Assembly (NCBI GenBank): GCA_964016885.1
Contig: OZ024741.1
Coordinates: 39,742,001-39,806,000 of the forward strand
Direction of reading: 5' to 3'
DNA length: 64,000 bases
Source: Eledone cirrhosa
Lineage: Eukaryota
In this document: in pieces, positions 13,943 to 31,848 of the stretch
Position numbering within the stretch: the first letter of the stretch is position 1
Layout of the letters: each line of letters starts with the position of its first letter
Program-made: the position numbers and the translations under genes
Notes under the pieces: generated by a model
What the model saw: only the letters and a program-made list of their open reading frames with translations
What the model was told of the DNA's origin: nothing
Databases searched by the model: none

Positions 13943-14544
13943 GGGAGTGCGTAAGTGTGTGTTGTGTGTACATATATAAATATAAATACATATAGATATG
14001 TGTATATGAATAAGTATGTATGTGTATATATATATATATATATAATATATGGGGGGAGGAGATAGTTAGAAAGAAAGGGTGTGTGTGTTTGTGTAAGAGC
14101 TCCTCCACCTGCATATACATGTCTCTAATCCTTAAGAGATACATACTTACATACGTGTGTGAGTGTATGTGTAGAAATAGGAAAGTACAAGAGAGAGAGA
14201 GAGAGAGAGGTGAGAGGAAAATTAAGAATGAAAGGGAGGAAGAAAGAAAGTAAAAAGTGAAATATATAAGGAGGGGGAGAGGGAGGGAGGGAGAGAAAGT
14301 GTTTTGTTTTTTTTTGTACTTTTTAATGTATAGGTACGTGATTGTGGGAGTCTTCAGCGGTATATTCACTTGTAATAATTACACACAGCAGCAATCTGTG
14401 TGTAATTAGAAATATATTAACATTGTCGTGTCACCGTATCTTAGGACAATGCATTCGCTTGTGCTAACACGACATGTTCATGTCAAAAGACATTTTATTA
14501 TTTTCTTGCTATTTAATAACATTTTGAATTCGCGGGATACTTAC

Positions 14545-14604
<60 letters not shown>

Positions 14605-14797
14605 TTATATATATGTGTGCGTCTGAATTCATACATAACTATATGCGTGTGTATATATATGTATATATACATATATATATATATACATATATATATACAT
14701 ACATACCTACGTCTTACATACATACACACACATATATACATGAGTGTGTGTGTCTGCATTTATACATAAATATATGCATGCATATATATTTGTTTAT

Positions 14798-14828
<31 letters not shown>

Positions 14829-14858
14829 CGCACACACACACATACGAATATATATACG

Positions 14859-14943
<85 letters not shown>

Positions 14944-15017
14944 ATATATAGGTATGTAAGCGTTTCTTTTTCACTCTGTACATATATAAGTACGGTGCAA
15001 TGGAAACATACTTTAAT

Positions 15018-15268
15018 AATAATTGTTTCTAGATTTGGTACAAGGCCAATAATTTGGGTGGGAGGGGAAAGTCGATTAACTCGACAAAGCTATATGGCGG
15101 GATTTGAACTCGAATGTAAAGGGAGATAACTATGTCGCAAAGCATGTTGTCCGACACCCTACTGATACTGCCAAGTCACTGCCCTCCTGGGGAGAGGGGA
15201 AAGTTTATTAAATCGACTCCAGTGCATTACTGGTGTTTTATCTTCTCGATCCCGTAAGGATGAAAGGG
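15018..15268 (-). mobile_element. SINE S1 partial copies
   Basis: Reverse-complement tail, B-box and central domain pieces. Confidence 0.65.
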
Positions 15269-15335
15269 ATATATATATATATACATATATATATGCATAT
15301 GTATGTGTGTGTGTGTGTGTGTGTATGTGTGTGTA

Positions 15336-15400
<65 letters not shown>

Positions 15401-15403
<3 letters not shown>

Positions 15404-15543
15404 TCCCTGGTTCAATGAGGGTAACCACAGTTAGTAAGGTTCTCATTTCATTAGTAGAGTGTAAACATCAAATTTAATATAGAAATGAAAGATTCAGGAC
15501 CCCGACGGCTGAGCTTCGGCCGTTTCGACTGCTAGATCCGAAC
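15401..15543 (-). mobile_element. Hybrid element: family A2 ribozyme half with family B-like 3' tail
   Basis: ggtaaccacagttagtaagg (B-like) is contiguous with caggaccccgacggctgagc (A2). Confidence 0.7.
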
Positions 15544-15869
15544 TATATATATTGTTCAAGATTAAGAAGACGAAATCAAAGTTGGAAAAACACAAAATCT
15601 TATTAATTTGACGATAGATAGACAAATAGATTGATAGATTGAAAGCTAGCTAGCTAGCTAGATAGATTGGTAGAGGACATGACGTACCGAGACATGAGTA
15701 TCTTAAAAGTTCGATGAATTTAAAATCATAAAAAAACTATTATTTATATACCACAGAAAAATTCAATTCTAAATATGAAAGGAACGATCGACTTTCGTCA
15801 AATCGACTGAGGAAACAATGTTTCCATTGGTTTTTCCAATTGCTAATACTATCTATCGGTCGCAACTCC

Positions 15870-15976
15870 AGGTAGAAGGGGCAACGTGAAACAAAATGTC
15901 TTGCTCAAGGACATAACGCATCACCCGGTCTAGGAATCGAACTCACAATCTCACGATTGCGAATCAAATTCTCTAA
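15870..15976 (-). mobile_element. tRNA-derived SINE head (S2/S3 type)
   Basis: Minus strand has TGGCTGAATGG A-box, GAGTTCGATTC B-box, then gtccttgagcaagaca shared with 49787-49803. Confidence 0.75.
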
Positions 15977-16158
15977 CCATTCAGCCACACGCCTTCATAG
16001 TTTTAACTATTGCAGTATTAAATAATATTACTCTTACAATATTTCAACTGGCAGGTAATTGAAGGTTGCCTATATTATACCTTCTTTTTTCTATGAATTA
16101 ATAGAGAGGGGGGGGGAGAAGGGGAAGAGAGGGTGCGTGAGGGACAGATAGCTATGTG

Positions 16159-16197
<39 letters not shown>

Positions 16198-17278
16198 TCT
16201 TAAATAGAATATGGTGAGGGTGAGGGAGTAAGTTATCTTCAAATCAGAATGATACTCCGAAGGCTTACAACAGAGTGGACTTAGCTAAAGGTACCTAAGA
16301 CCTGGAGCTGGTCTTAAACCAATAACGGATTAAGTCTGCCACTCAATTAAACCTTCGAGATTTTTTAAACTCAGAATACAAAGAAACGCAACAAATACCA
16401 CCTGAAGATTCGTCTGGTTATTTTGTAATTCCGCCAAACTTGAACAGATAGGTTAGTTTATTGATTCTAATAGATAAGGCCATGTTGACATCATTGGAAT
16501 TTGGGAAGCACAGTTTAGACGAGATGAGTCACGATCGAGTAGATATATGATTAAAGAAATTCGAGGATTGTGCATCATGTCTTTGTTCTCAAGAAGTGGG
16601 CAAGCATAAATAACCACAACTCTGTCAAAATGTATTCTTTCACTGTTTAATGTGTAATTTGAGTGAGAATTGGCTGTTAATTTTAGCATTATTTTAAAGA
16701 TGTCTCGTCTTTGGATCTTGTTTGACATGTACCATACCCACTCAGGCATTTAAAACTCACTCTTCTCAACGTCTTTCATGACTCTTGCTGTGTCCAGTTT
16801 TCAGGTCCAGCACTAACCACTAAGCCCATATCTTTCTACCTCGAACTATTGCCCCTCTGGAACTCCTGACCTGCATATGTTTTTTTACCCGAAGGATTGA
16901 ATCTGCAACAGTTTGAAAAGAAAATCAACGGTATCCATTCCTCCGGTTTCGGAATAGCTTTAAAGGCTAAAGGCTCCGTCCCTTCCTGCAGGCCTAACTA
17001 ATATTAAAATAAAAAGAAAGGACAGTCAATTACAGAAAAACTCCTTCACTCTCAATCAAATTGTTCAGCGTTATGGTGTTGTTCTTTAATTGTAACTGTT
17101 ATTGCTATTGTTGCTGTTGCTGCTCTTGTTGTTTTTGTTGTATCCCCTTCACGTTCCACCGTGCATACACTACATGGCCAACAGTATAGAGGTTTTACTT
17201 CCATTCAATTTAAAAGGCTTATAGTAATAGCTCACGTTCCCTCTCTCCTACACACCCCACACACGCACACATATAAAG

Positions 17279-17314
<36 letters not shown>

Positions 17315-17569
17315 TCTCTCTCACTCTCTCACTCTCTCTCTCTCTCCCACCCTCTATCTCTCTCTCACATACACATACACATACACAGACAGATCAATAT
17401 ATACACGATCACGTACAGAAATACATAAATTTCACGTTATGCACACATACACGCACAAACATACACATACACAAACACACACAAACATACACATACACAT
17501 ACACATACACACATATACAGACACTATCCCATAAACATACGAGCGCGTGTTCGTGTATATATATATATA

Positions 17570-17607
<38 letters not shown>

Positions 17608-17710
17608 TGTGTGTGTGTGTATGTGTGTGTGTGTGTGTGTATGTGTGTGTGTGTGTGTGTAAGGATAACGGAATGATCCATCATTCAGTCCTGTGGAATG
17701 AGAGGTGGAG

Positions 17711-17784
<74 letters not shown>

Positions 17785-17866
17785 AGAGAGAAGGAGTGGA
17801 GAGAGAGAGGCAGAGAAAGGAGGGAGATGGAGTGAGAGAGAGGGGAGAGAGGGAGAGAGAGAGGGA

Positions 17867-17906
<40 letters not shown>

Positions 17907-18106
17907 TCAATGTTGAAACAAGGGTAGAACAAAGATATATTTAATTGTGTTGGGTAGGAAGTCGCTTTCACCCGGAAGTAGACTGGAAAATTGTCATTGT
18001 GTGTACATATGCATATATACACACAAACACATGATTATGCATACATACATACATACATACATACACACATAGATGTATATACATACATACACACACATAC
18101 ATGTAT

Positions 18107-18221
<115 letters not shown>

Positions 18222-18814
18222 AATATACATATATATATATATATATATATACATATAGAAACATAGCATACACACATAGCATACATACAAAGCATACATA
18301 CATACCTACGTACATACATACATATATATATATATATATACATACATATATACATACATATACATATATACATAACAGCATACATAGATACATACATACA
18401 TGCAGGGATAGATACATATATACATACATGCATTCATACATACATTCATATATATATATACGTACGTACACACATGCATACATACATATAATCATTCATA
18501 CTTACATATATACATACATATATTCATACTTACGTACATACAGTCAAATATACATACATACACATATACATACGTACATACAAACATTCATACTTACATA
18601 CATACAGTCAAATATACATACATACACACATACATACGTACATACAAACATTCATACTTACATACGTACAGTCAAATATACATACATACACACATACATA
18701 CGTACATACAAACATATATATATATATATACAATCAATCATACATACAGACATACATATATACATACATACAATGGTGTGTGTGTAAATGTGGAGATTGC
18801 TTCTGTTTCGTATT

Positions 18815-19580
18815 TAAACACTTCACCCCCATCACCATCATCACCAACACCAATACAACCAACACCATCACCAACATCATCACCATCATCAACACCAACA
18901 CAGCCAACACCATCACCATTATCACCAACATCAACACCAGCACCATCACCATCATCAACACCAACACAACCAATACCATCGCCATCATCTCCACCATCAC
19001 CACCATCACCATCATCAACACCAGCACCATCACCATCATCAACACCAACACAACCAACACCAGCACAAACAACACCATCGCCAACACCATCGCCATCATC
19101 TCCACCATCACCACCATCACCATCATCAACACCAGCAGAACCACGACCAACATCAACACCATCACCATCATCATCACCATCAACACCATCAGCACCATCA
19201 CCAACACCATCACCATCATCAACCCCTGCACAGCCAACACCAACATCAACAATCACCATCACCAACACCAACACTCCGACCATCATCACCACCACCACCA
19301 CAACCATCACCACCACCATCATCAACCCCATCACCAACACCCCGACCATCACCGTCCCCAACACCAACACCCCGACCATCATCACCACCATCAACACCAG
19401 CACAACCAACACCACAACCAACACCACTACCATCACCGTCTCCAACACCAACACCCGACCATCATCACCACCATCATCACCATCACCAACACCAACACGC
19501 CGACCATCATCACCACCATCAACACCAGCACAACCAATACCACTACCATTCACAACCATCACCACCTGCACCATAACCCT
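18815..19580. repeat. Degenerate (CCA/TCA/ACA)n trinucleotide tract
   Basis: Low-complexity, internally duplicated and open in several frames. Confidence 0.85.
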
Positions 19581-19939
19581 TTAACTAAATAAGGTTTGTT
19601 TCACACACGCAATTCCACAACCTAGCTCCAACCCCTACCCGGGCATTCTGAAGCCCTACCGATTGTGCCCCGTCGCCATTACAAGGCCAAATAATCAAAC
19701 AAAAAGCGGTACGGTTAAATATTTTCCCAGCATGCCATCCAGCTCGTCCGGACAGGATCTTCAAAGGAAGACAACTTCCTTTGAAATCAGACCGAAAAAT
19801 GTCACCGAAGCACCTTTGCCAAAGGAATAATATGTTGCCAATGTTTGCTTGAAGAAAGTGTAATGAAGAGCAGGGGAAATGAGAGGTAAAACTAAAATAA
19901 AAAGGAAAAACATGGTTTACAAGTTAATCGAGCCCTCCG

Positions 19940-22250
<2,311 letters not shown>

Positions 22251-22780
22251 ATGAAGTACAACGAAAGTATGTACGCCTTTTCTAAATCTTCCTCACCAGA
22301 GAGAAAAACAATTCAGGTGAAGTGGAAGGTGGAGTGAAGGTGGGAGGTGAATATGGATGGAGAGCAAGTAGAAGGAATGAGGTAAAGGATGAGGTGAAGA
22401 TAGTGAGGAAGGTGAAGAAGGGGAGGAGGGGGGTTGAGACGGCGACGACAAAGATAGAAGTGAAGGAAGTGATATGGTCGGTTGTGGTTGTGTTAATGAA
22501 TGTGCTGTGTAGAAGTACGGAACAACCTGATGGTACAAGGTGACATATTCTATACATGCTGATCACTGTTCGATTATATTAACAATAGCATTGATAGGTA
22601 ATTTATTTTATCAATCCCTGACGGAGGAAAGACAAGTTTAATTAAACTAAGCTGGATTTGAATCCAGAATGTTGGATAACGCAATGAAATGCCATATGTT
22701 ATATATGATATAGTTGATGCTACTTATACACACATATATATATACATACATGTATATATATATATACATACATGTATATA

Positions 22781-22861
<81 letters not shown>

Positions 22862-22945
22862 TATATATATATACATTGTTTTATTCATTATTTTTTTTAA
22901 TATTTTATATATATATATATATATTTACATATATATATATATATT

Positions 22946-22999
<54 letters not shown>

Positions 23000-23029
23000 C
23001 ACACATATATATATATATATATATATATT

Positions 23030-23079
<50 letters not shown>

Positions 23080-23174
23080 CATATATATATATATATATGT
23101 TATAGAATGCCGTTAGCTTCTTGCTAAAACAATCTCTATACATCTCATTTATATATATATATATATATATATAT

Positions 23175-23588
<414 letters not shown>

Positions 23589-23618
23589 TTTACATATATA
23601 TATATATATATATATATA

Positions 23619-23845
23619 CTTTTAATATAGATGAGATTCTACAGGACAAGAACTGTTTCATTCTTTAGAAATCATCAGCAATCTGGGTATCAAAAAATAA
23701 ATATGGTATTTATAGGTCTCTTCAGGTGGTAGGAGAGGGTAGGGAGTGGAATGGGTGTAGGTCATTGGTTGATAGAAAAGGGAATTCATTAAAAGCTAAT
23801 TCTTCAAAGCTATAGTTTATATTTAGAGTGGGAATTCATTAAAAT
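23619..23845 (-). mobile_element. Family B copy with hammerhead at 23634-23684
   Basis: Matches 39020-39230 and 61480-61660. The CTGATGA/GAAA core is intact, with one stem I mismatch. Confidence 0.8.
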
Positions 23846-23846
23846 A

Positions 23847-23895
<49 letters not shown>

Positions 23896-23911
23896 ATTCA
23901 TGTATATATAC

Positions 23912-23986
<75 letters not shown>

Positions 23987-24015
23987 TATTTTTTTTATAT
24001 AAATATAAAATATTC

Positions 24016-24055
<40 letters not shown>

Positions 24056-24567
24056 ATGTATGTATAATTATTTATATATTATATATACATGTACATATGC
24101 ATGTATACGCACAAACATATAAACCACGCAAACATATATAGATGTATATATACATATATATATATATATTTATATATATATATATAAAGAGAGAGATAGA
24201 GGGAGAGAGAGAGAAGATAGATATAAATATAGTCATGTATATATATTGTGTGTATATATTTGTCTGCGTGTGTGTGAATATGAAGGTATGCGTTTACGTT
24301 TCAGATTTATGACCAGTAAAGGAGATCGATACAATATTCATTGGGTTCTATATAACCGAAGAGGGGGCAGTTTAATACCTTAAGAAGTAAAATAATAAAA
24401 TTAGAAATATGTTCACACACATACACACTCACACACACTCGCACACACACACATATATATAGATATACATATATATATATATGTATATATGTATATTCAA
24501 ATATATATATATATACAAAAGTGTGCATGCACATACACACACACACACACATACACACACACTCAAG

Positions 24568-24611
<44 letters not shown>

Positions 24612-24686
24612 CATATTTTATTAAACATATATATATATACACATACACACACGCTTATATATATGAATGCATATATATATATATAT

Positions 24687-25019
<333 letters not shown>

Positions 25020-25026
25020 GATGTGG

Positions 25027-25061
<35 letters not shown>

Positions 25062-25163
25062 CACACTCACACATAATTTTGAAATCAGTAAGTCATTCTC
25101 ATATTTCCTTTCCACATCTTGTCTTAATAATTCCTGTCTGGTATTCTGTAGAGGTTAAAAGAA

Positions 25164-25209
<46 letters not shown>

Positions 25210-25478
25210 TGGAGAGACACATACTAGAATATGCTTACACAGACACACACACACAGGCATACACATGCACACGCACATACGCAGACATACATCCCACACT
25301 ACATCACACCACACATACACATACATACACATACTTACGTTTATATTACTAGTGCGTAAACAGTGTTTTGTTTCCTTGGTACACTGTACTATATTCTACT
25401 ATATTTGTGAATATATATATATGTATATATATATTTGTTTGTGTGTGTGTGTATAAATACATGTATGTGTTTATATAT

Positions 25479-25518
<40 letters not shown>

Positions 25519-25665
25519 TTGTATATATATATACACATATACATATATACATATAATTGTGTGTGTGTGTATCTTTGTTTCTCTGTGTGTACAAAATTTG
25601 ACCTTGAGCCCAGTTAAATCTGAATCCTATACACACACACACATACACATACATATAATATACAG

Positions 25666-25700
<35 letters not shown>

Positions 25701-25995
25701 CTTATATCCATACAGAATACATGCAAATATACATATATATTATATACATATATAATTCATGCATGAATACTTTACATATATGTAAGGTTATGTATGCATA
25801 CGTATATACATACAAGTATATTACATTTTTCTTTCATTCCAGTTTCATATTCAAGTGTGAAGTTTGCGGATTTTTTTTTAGCTGCTTTTAATAACTAGAA
25901 TACTGGCTTGAAGAAACATTTGTTTGTGTGTGTATTGATGTATATGTGTGATGTGTATATTGATGTATATATGTGATATATATGTATATATATAT

Positions 25996-26037
<42 letters not shown>

Positions 26038-26088
26038 ATATATATGATATATATATATATATATATGATATATATATGATATATATAT

Positions 26089-26138
<50 letters not shown>

Positions 26139-26153
26139 ATATATATATATATA

Positions 26154-26273
<120 letters not shown>

Positions 26274-26350
26274 ATACATATAAATATATATATATATATG
26301 CGTACACACACATACATACATGGATATATATATATATATATATATATATA

Positions 26351-26390
<40 letters not shown>

Positions 26391-26429
26391 CACCCCCCCC
26401 CCCCACACACATATATATATATATATATA

Positions 26430-26508
26430 TACAGGGAGTACGAAAAGTGAATGCACCCTTCAGCAGCATTCTAATAAATATGTGTATACATTTTGGGGAC
26501 TCCCTCTA
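26430..26508. mobile_element. Deleted Tc1/mariner MITE
   Basis: tacagggagt... and ...tgtatacattttggggactccct termini. Confidence 0.6.
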
Positions 26509-26618
26509 TATATATGTATGTATGTATGCATATATATGTAAGTATGTATGCATATATATGTATGTATGTATGCATATATATATTTATATATATATATATG
26601 TGTGTATTTATGTATATG

Positions 26619-26717
<99 letters not shown>

Positions 26718-27072
26718 GCATGTGTGTGTGTGTGCATGTGTCTGTGCACGTATGTGTATGTGTGTGGCAATTATGTATCTATGTTAGTGTTAATGTATGA
26801 AATGTCTAGGAAATATATTGAATGAAATAAAAGGAGACAGTCTGAAATGAGTTGAAATGACTGTGTTGAAGGTCTAATTCTTTGATTGATGTAAGTCATG
26901 TTTCAGAAATGTTCATTTAATTATATATTCAGTGAAAGACTGGCACGGGGAACATTTTAACACTTTTGGTAGTAAAATGAATTAAACTACTCTTCGTTCT
27001 ACGATATAAAACTGTTCAATCTTAAGTGTTTACATTTAACTTTAATTTTATGGAACCACCTTTGTTAATTTA

Positions 27073-27908
27073 GATTCCAAATACCAGCTTAACCTTTTTG
27101 ATAGAAAACTGAATGAAATGTTCTCTGGTTCAACCGTGCGAAACTGCTAAATCTAAAGAGTGTATATTTAAATAAAGTTGCACTATAATTTTATGTAAAA
27201 ATATTTATGTAGATAGAAAAATTCTCTATATATAGTTTTATTATACAAAGCATATAAATAAATTTACAGTAGAATAACATAACAAATATGTTTGGGGGAG
27301 TCGGGCCGCTGGCTGCGAGGTTCCTCTCTTCACTGGCAGCTCGCCTAACTGATGTAACTGGTGAACTTGCGAGGGCGCTTGGTTGTTCCAACGTATTAGC
27401 CTCGCCATCATCCGAGGCAACGCTGCGAGTGTGCTGGCTTGCCACAAAAATCATTAGAGAGGTTGCCCAGTACTCCTCGCGACGTTACTGTCTTTTGCTC
27501 TGGTGTTGGCTCGGTTGTTCACCCCTTCCTTTACATTTTCTTTAATATTGCAACATTTAAAGAATATATCTTTCTGAAAGAATCACGAGCAATTTATAAT
27601 GTTATCTAAGCACTTGTAATGTTATTTATGTATATATTTAAAACATATTTGTTATATTATTTTACTGTAAACTTATTTATATGCTTTGTATAATAAAACT
27701 ATATATATAGAATCTTTATGGTAGGTTCCAAACAGCAGCTTAACCCTTTTGATAGCAAACTGAATGAAATGTTCCCGGTTTAACCGCGCGAATCTGCTAA
27801 ATCTAAAGAGTGTATATTTAAATAAAGAGACATTATAATTTTATGTAAACATTTTTGTTAGGTTTCAAACACCAGTTTAACCCTTTTGATACCAAACCAA
27901 TTGAAACC
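27073..27908. repeat. ~137-bp direct repeats (27073-27210, 27724-27860, partial 27861-27908)
   Basis: Each unit contains ttaacc(c/t)ttttgata, and the two full units also share ctgctaaatctaaagagtgtatattta. The array is interrupted by the CRE fragment. Confidence 0.8.
27221..27713 (+). mobile_element. CRE-clade non-LTR retrotransposon 3' end with inverted duplicate of its terminus
   Basis: GPLAARFLSSLAARLTDVTGE, frameshift, EGAWLFQRISLAIIRGNAASVL matches the QR.S.A..RGNA C-terminal motif of CRE-type elements. 27221-27293 is the reverse complement of 27641-27713. Confidence 0.75.
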
Positions 27909-28045
27909 AGTTTAGATCTAGGATAGAAAATAATTTTAATATAAAACCTCCCGTACTAAACATAAACATAATAACCCCTCGATATTCTTCGTTACTTTGA
28001 AAATGAAATGTGGTTTTATACACACACACACACAAAAACATACGA

Positions 28046-28108
<63 letters not shown>

Positions 28109-28262
28109 TATGTATATATATGTATATATATGTATATATATTTAAATGTAATCTGAGTTTTTCGAACATTAATAACAATATTCCATTAGTTTGCAATTAT
28201 GCTAACAAGCCCCATTTTTAAAGCCATAACAGTAGAATGAGCCCCCCATTCTTGCTCTTGTT

Positions 28263-28317
<55 letters not shown>

Positions 28318-28480
28318 AGAGAGAGAGAGAGAGAGGGTAGCCCCAAAAATGTACACATACATCAACAGCATTTTATTAAATATTGCTTGTACAGGTAATC
28401 AAAGTGTGTATATATTATATATATGTGTGTGTGTGTGTGTGTATGTATGAATTCTATATATGTGTGTGTGTGTGCGCGTG

Positions 28481-28711
<231 letters not shown>

Positions 28712-28728
28712 TTATACATATATATGTG

Positions 28729-28895
<167 letters not shown>

Positions 28896-28930
28896 ATATA
28901 TATATGTATATATACATATATATATATATG

Positions 28931-29000
<70 letters not shown>

Positions 29001-29003
<3 letters not shown>

Positions 29004-29313
29004 AACTATTGTCATCTTGCCTGACGGTTTGAACCTTACAGACCCACCTGTCCCTTTCAGGTCAAATACCAACCTACTAGCATCTACAAACTGACCAATG
29101 AGAATCAAGACCATTCCTGCTGACAACATCAAAGTATTCCTAACAAGCTCATATGTCCCTAGGCTCTAATCAACACTATACACTCAGAGCTGGCATATCT
29201 AAGAACTGACTAAATGCCTGATGAGGTCATAGCCATTCAATGGCTATCATCGAAATATATATAGCAGAAAATAAAGGATTATGAGTTCATGCAATTGACT
29301 TATGTTTCGTCAC
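29001..29313 (+). mobile_element. Family E Penelope-like 3' fragment
   Basis: ILPDGLN remnant, then hammerhead, then fixed end gtttcgtcac|TA. Second copy at 39912-40077 (-). Confidence 0.75.
29215..29266 (+). ncRNA. Type I hammerhead ribozyme (family E)
   Basis: TGC-CTGATGA-GGT-C-ATAGCCA ttcaa TGGCTAT-C-ATC-GAAA-TATATATA-GCA. Confidence 0.8.
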
Positions 29314-29332
29314 TATATATATATATATATAT

Positions 29333-29578
29333 AACGAAGGAAGTGTGGTAAGGAACCAGGTGGACCATAACGCACTAGAGTACTCAATACTTAGAGTGCC
29401 GTCGGGATCTTGAACATTTTCCTATATATATACATATATATATATAGGAAAAAATGACCCCGACGGCTTGAGCTCTGCCGTCGGGGTCATACTTTTTCCT
29501 ATTTCTCACTCTACTACCCGAAGTATTGAGTACTTTGGTGTGTTATGGTTCATCTGGTTCCTTACACCAATTCCTTTG

Positions 29579-29657
<79 letters not shown>

Positions 29658-29846
29658 AACCAGTAAGACCCCGACGGCTGAGCTCAAGCCGTTTCGATGG
29701 CTAATTCAGTCCAGAATTAGCCGTCGAAACGGCTTGAGCTCAGCCGTCGGGGTCTTACTGGTTCCTATTACCCACTCTACTACCCCAAGTATTGAGTACT
29801 TTGGTGCGTTATGGTCCACCTCGTTGCTTACCACATTTCCTTCGTT
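29333..29846. mobile_element. Cluster of three family A copies (29333-29423, 29447-29580, 29656-29846)
   Basis: Each is TA-flanked and has an inversion. Confidence 0.85.
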
Positions 29847-30014
29847 ATATATATATATATATATATATCATAAATCATGTCCTTAGAATTATTAGATAAA
29901 ATATATACCATTTCCTCTCCCAATTAGCATAATTAACCATATAAAAAATCAATTAGACCAGGCTATAAGAATAAAGGCTCCTATGAAGAAATATATATAT
30001 ATATATACACACAT

Positions 30015-30087
<73 letters not shown>

Positions 30088-30724
30088 ATACCATTCTTCC
30101 TTTATTTCATCGTATGTTCCATCCAGTCGTTCTCTAGTTATTTCACATATTTATTTCCTAATTCTTTTCATTCCTTTCTTTAATGATTTCTTTCTTCCTT
30201 TATTGATCTCATTCTTTCTTTCAATCATCTTCCAAACCTTTCCTTCTTACATTAAAAAAAAAAAGAGTTTCTTGTTTGGATTTTATTTTATGTTGTTTTG
30301 TTGTTCGGTTGAGAGGACAGGAAGTGTCAAGATTGTTAATGAAAGGGGATGGGGGTTAAAACTAACAGATAAACAAACAAACAAAGTATATTTATAAATA
30401 AACCTATATATAAAATATAATATAAATAAAAAATAACAGCCTACGCTGCTTATCTTTTCCTGATCTAGTGTCTAGATTTTCATATGAACGTACACACCTT
30501 GTTACATATTTTATATTTATATATATATACACACGCACAAACAACACACAGACACAAACACACACTCACAAACACACACACACACATATATTTATATATA
30601 CATATATCATATACATATATAAAATATATATATATATAGCAATATATATTGTCCCGGTATGAATATTAATACATAAATATGATATATGATATACATAAAC
30701 GTATATATCTGTATACACGCACGA

Positions 30725-30805
<81 letters not shown>

Positions 30806-30940
30806 AAGAAAGTTCGTGTGCTTAGAAAACGGCAAGCGGAATTTGAAAATAGAATTAGAAGACTTTGCTGTGAATTTCACTAAATAAAATAGTCTAAAAA
30901 TAACGAGGCGTATAAACCACTAAATGGGAAAAGATGGGAT

Positions 30941-31000
<60 letters not shown>

Positions 31001-31012
31001 GTATATATATAT

Positions 31013-31179
31013 AATAAAGAAAGTGTGGTAAGGAACCAGGTGGACCATAACACACCAGAGTACTCGATACTTAGGGTAGTAGAGTGGGTAATAGGAAAAG
31101 AGTCAGGAAAACCAACGGCTGAGCTCCGGCCGTTTCGACAGCTAGATCTACCATCCGTCGGGGTCCTGACTCTTTTCCT
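31013..31179. mobile_element. Family A2 fold-back copy
   Basis: Tail, then ggccgtttcgacagctagatc, then inverted ccgtcggggtcctgactcttttcc. Confidence 0.8.
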
Positions 31180-31214
31180 ATATACACACACACATATATA
31201 TATATACTGTATAT

Positions 31215-31800
31215 AGGGGAGCTATGGAGCTACAGAGCCAGAAGAGTATAGGAGGTCCTGCCGTAAATAGTTTTGTAGCCCGGGAACACCATGCGCCGTG
31301 TGTGTGCAACAGGGCAACAGGAAGAGCTATGAAGGAATATGTGTGCCGTCCATACCATTCAAAGTAAGGATTTCCAGGCTTTCTTTGACGGTCGGTGGTG
31401 GATAGTTGACAGGTAGTGGAAAGGAGAGCCCTCGATTCTGGAGGACAGAGTGAGCTGCTATCACCATACTCTGAAAGGGGATGCTAAGAGTGAGTTTGAG
31501 GAGAGGTGCAAAGATGGATCAAGGAGGGTATATTAATCCCTTGGAAGGAGGAGATAAAGAGCGGGTTTTGTCGCTAATAGCAGTAGTGCAGCTAACGAAG
31601 AAGATTGGACTTGTGCGAATTGAATGAACACATGTCGTGCCACTCAGGCGGCGAGGTTACAGATGTCTGTGGAGAAACCTTGCCAAAGCGGAGCAATAGA
31701 GACCACCTAGAACGATTCGGGTCAAACGTGAAACCGCTAGAGGTGATGGAAGGAGGAACTGCACTTGGACTCAGGCTCCGACGAGACAAGACGGGCTCAT
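31215..31800 (+). mobile_element. Ty3/Gypsy-like LTR retrotransposon pol remnant
   Basis: Frameshifted KDFQAFFDGRWW..WKGEP..EFEE.VQRWIKEGILIP..LIAVVQLTK..LDLCELNEH..DVCGETL is joined to HLERFG..KP..LGL. The RT catalytic core is deleted. Confidence 0.7.
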
Positions 31801-31848
31801 ATATATAATGTAGACCCATGAAGATGTAATTAATAAAGAGTATCTATA

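Noticed and set aside
16453-16790. Possible decayed mariner transposase on minus
   Set aside because: Only a faint WV/F..I.T resemblance, no TIR, not supportable.
18778-19584. 268-aa Pro/Ser/Thr-rich mucin-like ORF
   Set aside because: Degenerate CCA/TCA repeat open in several frames on both strands, with no unique domain.
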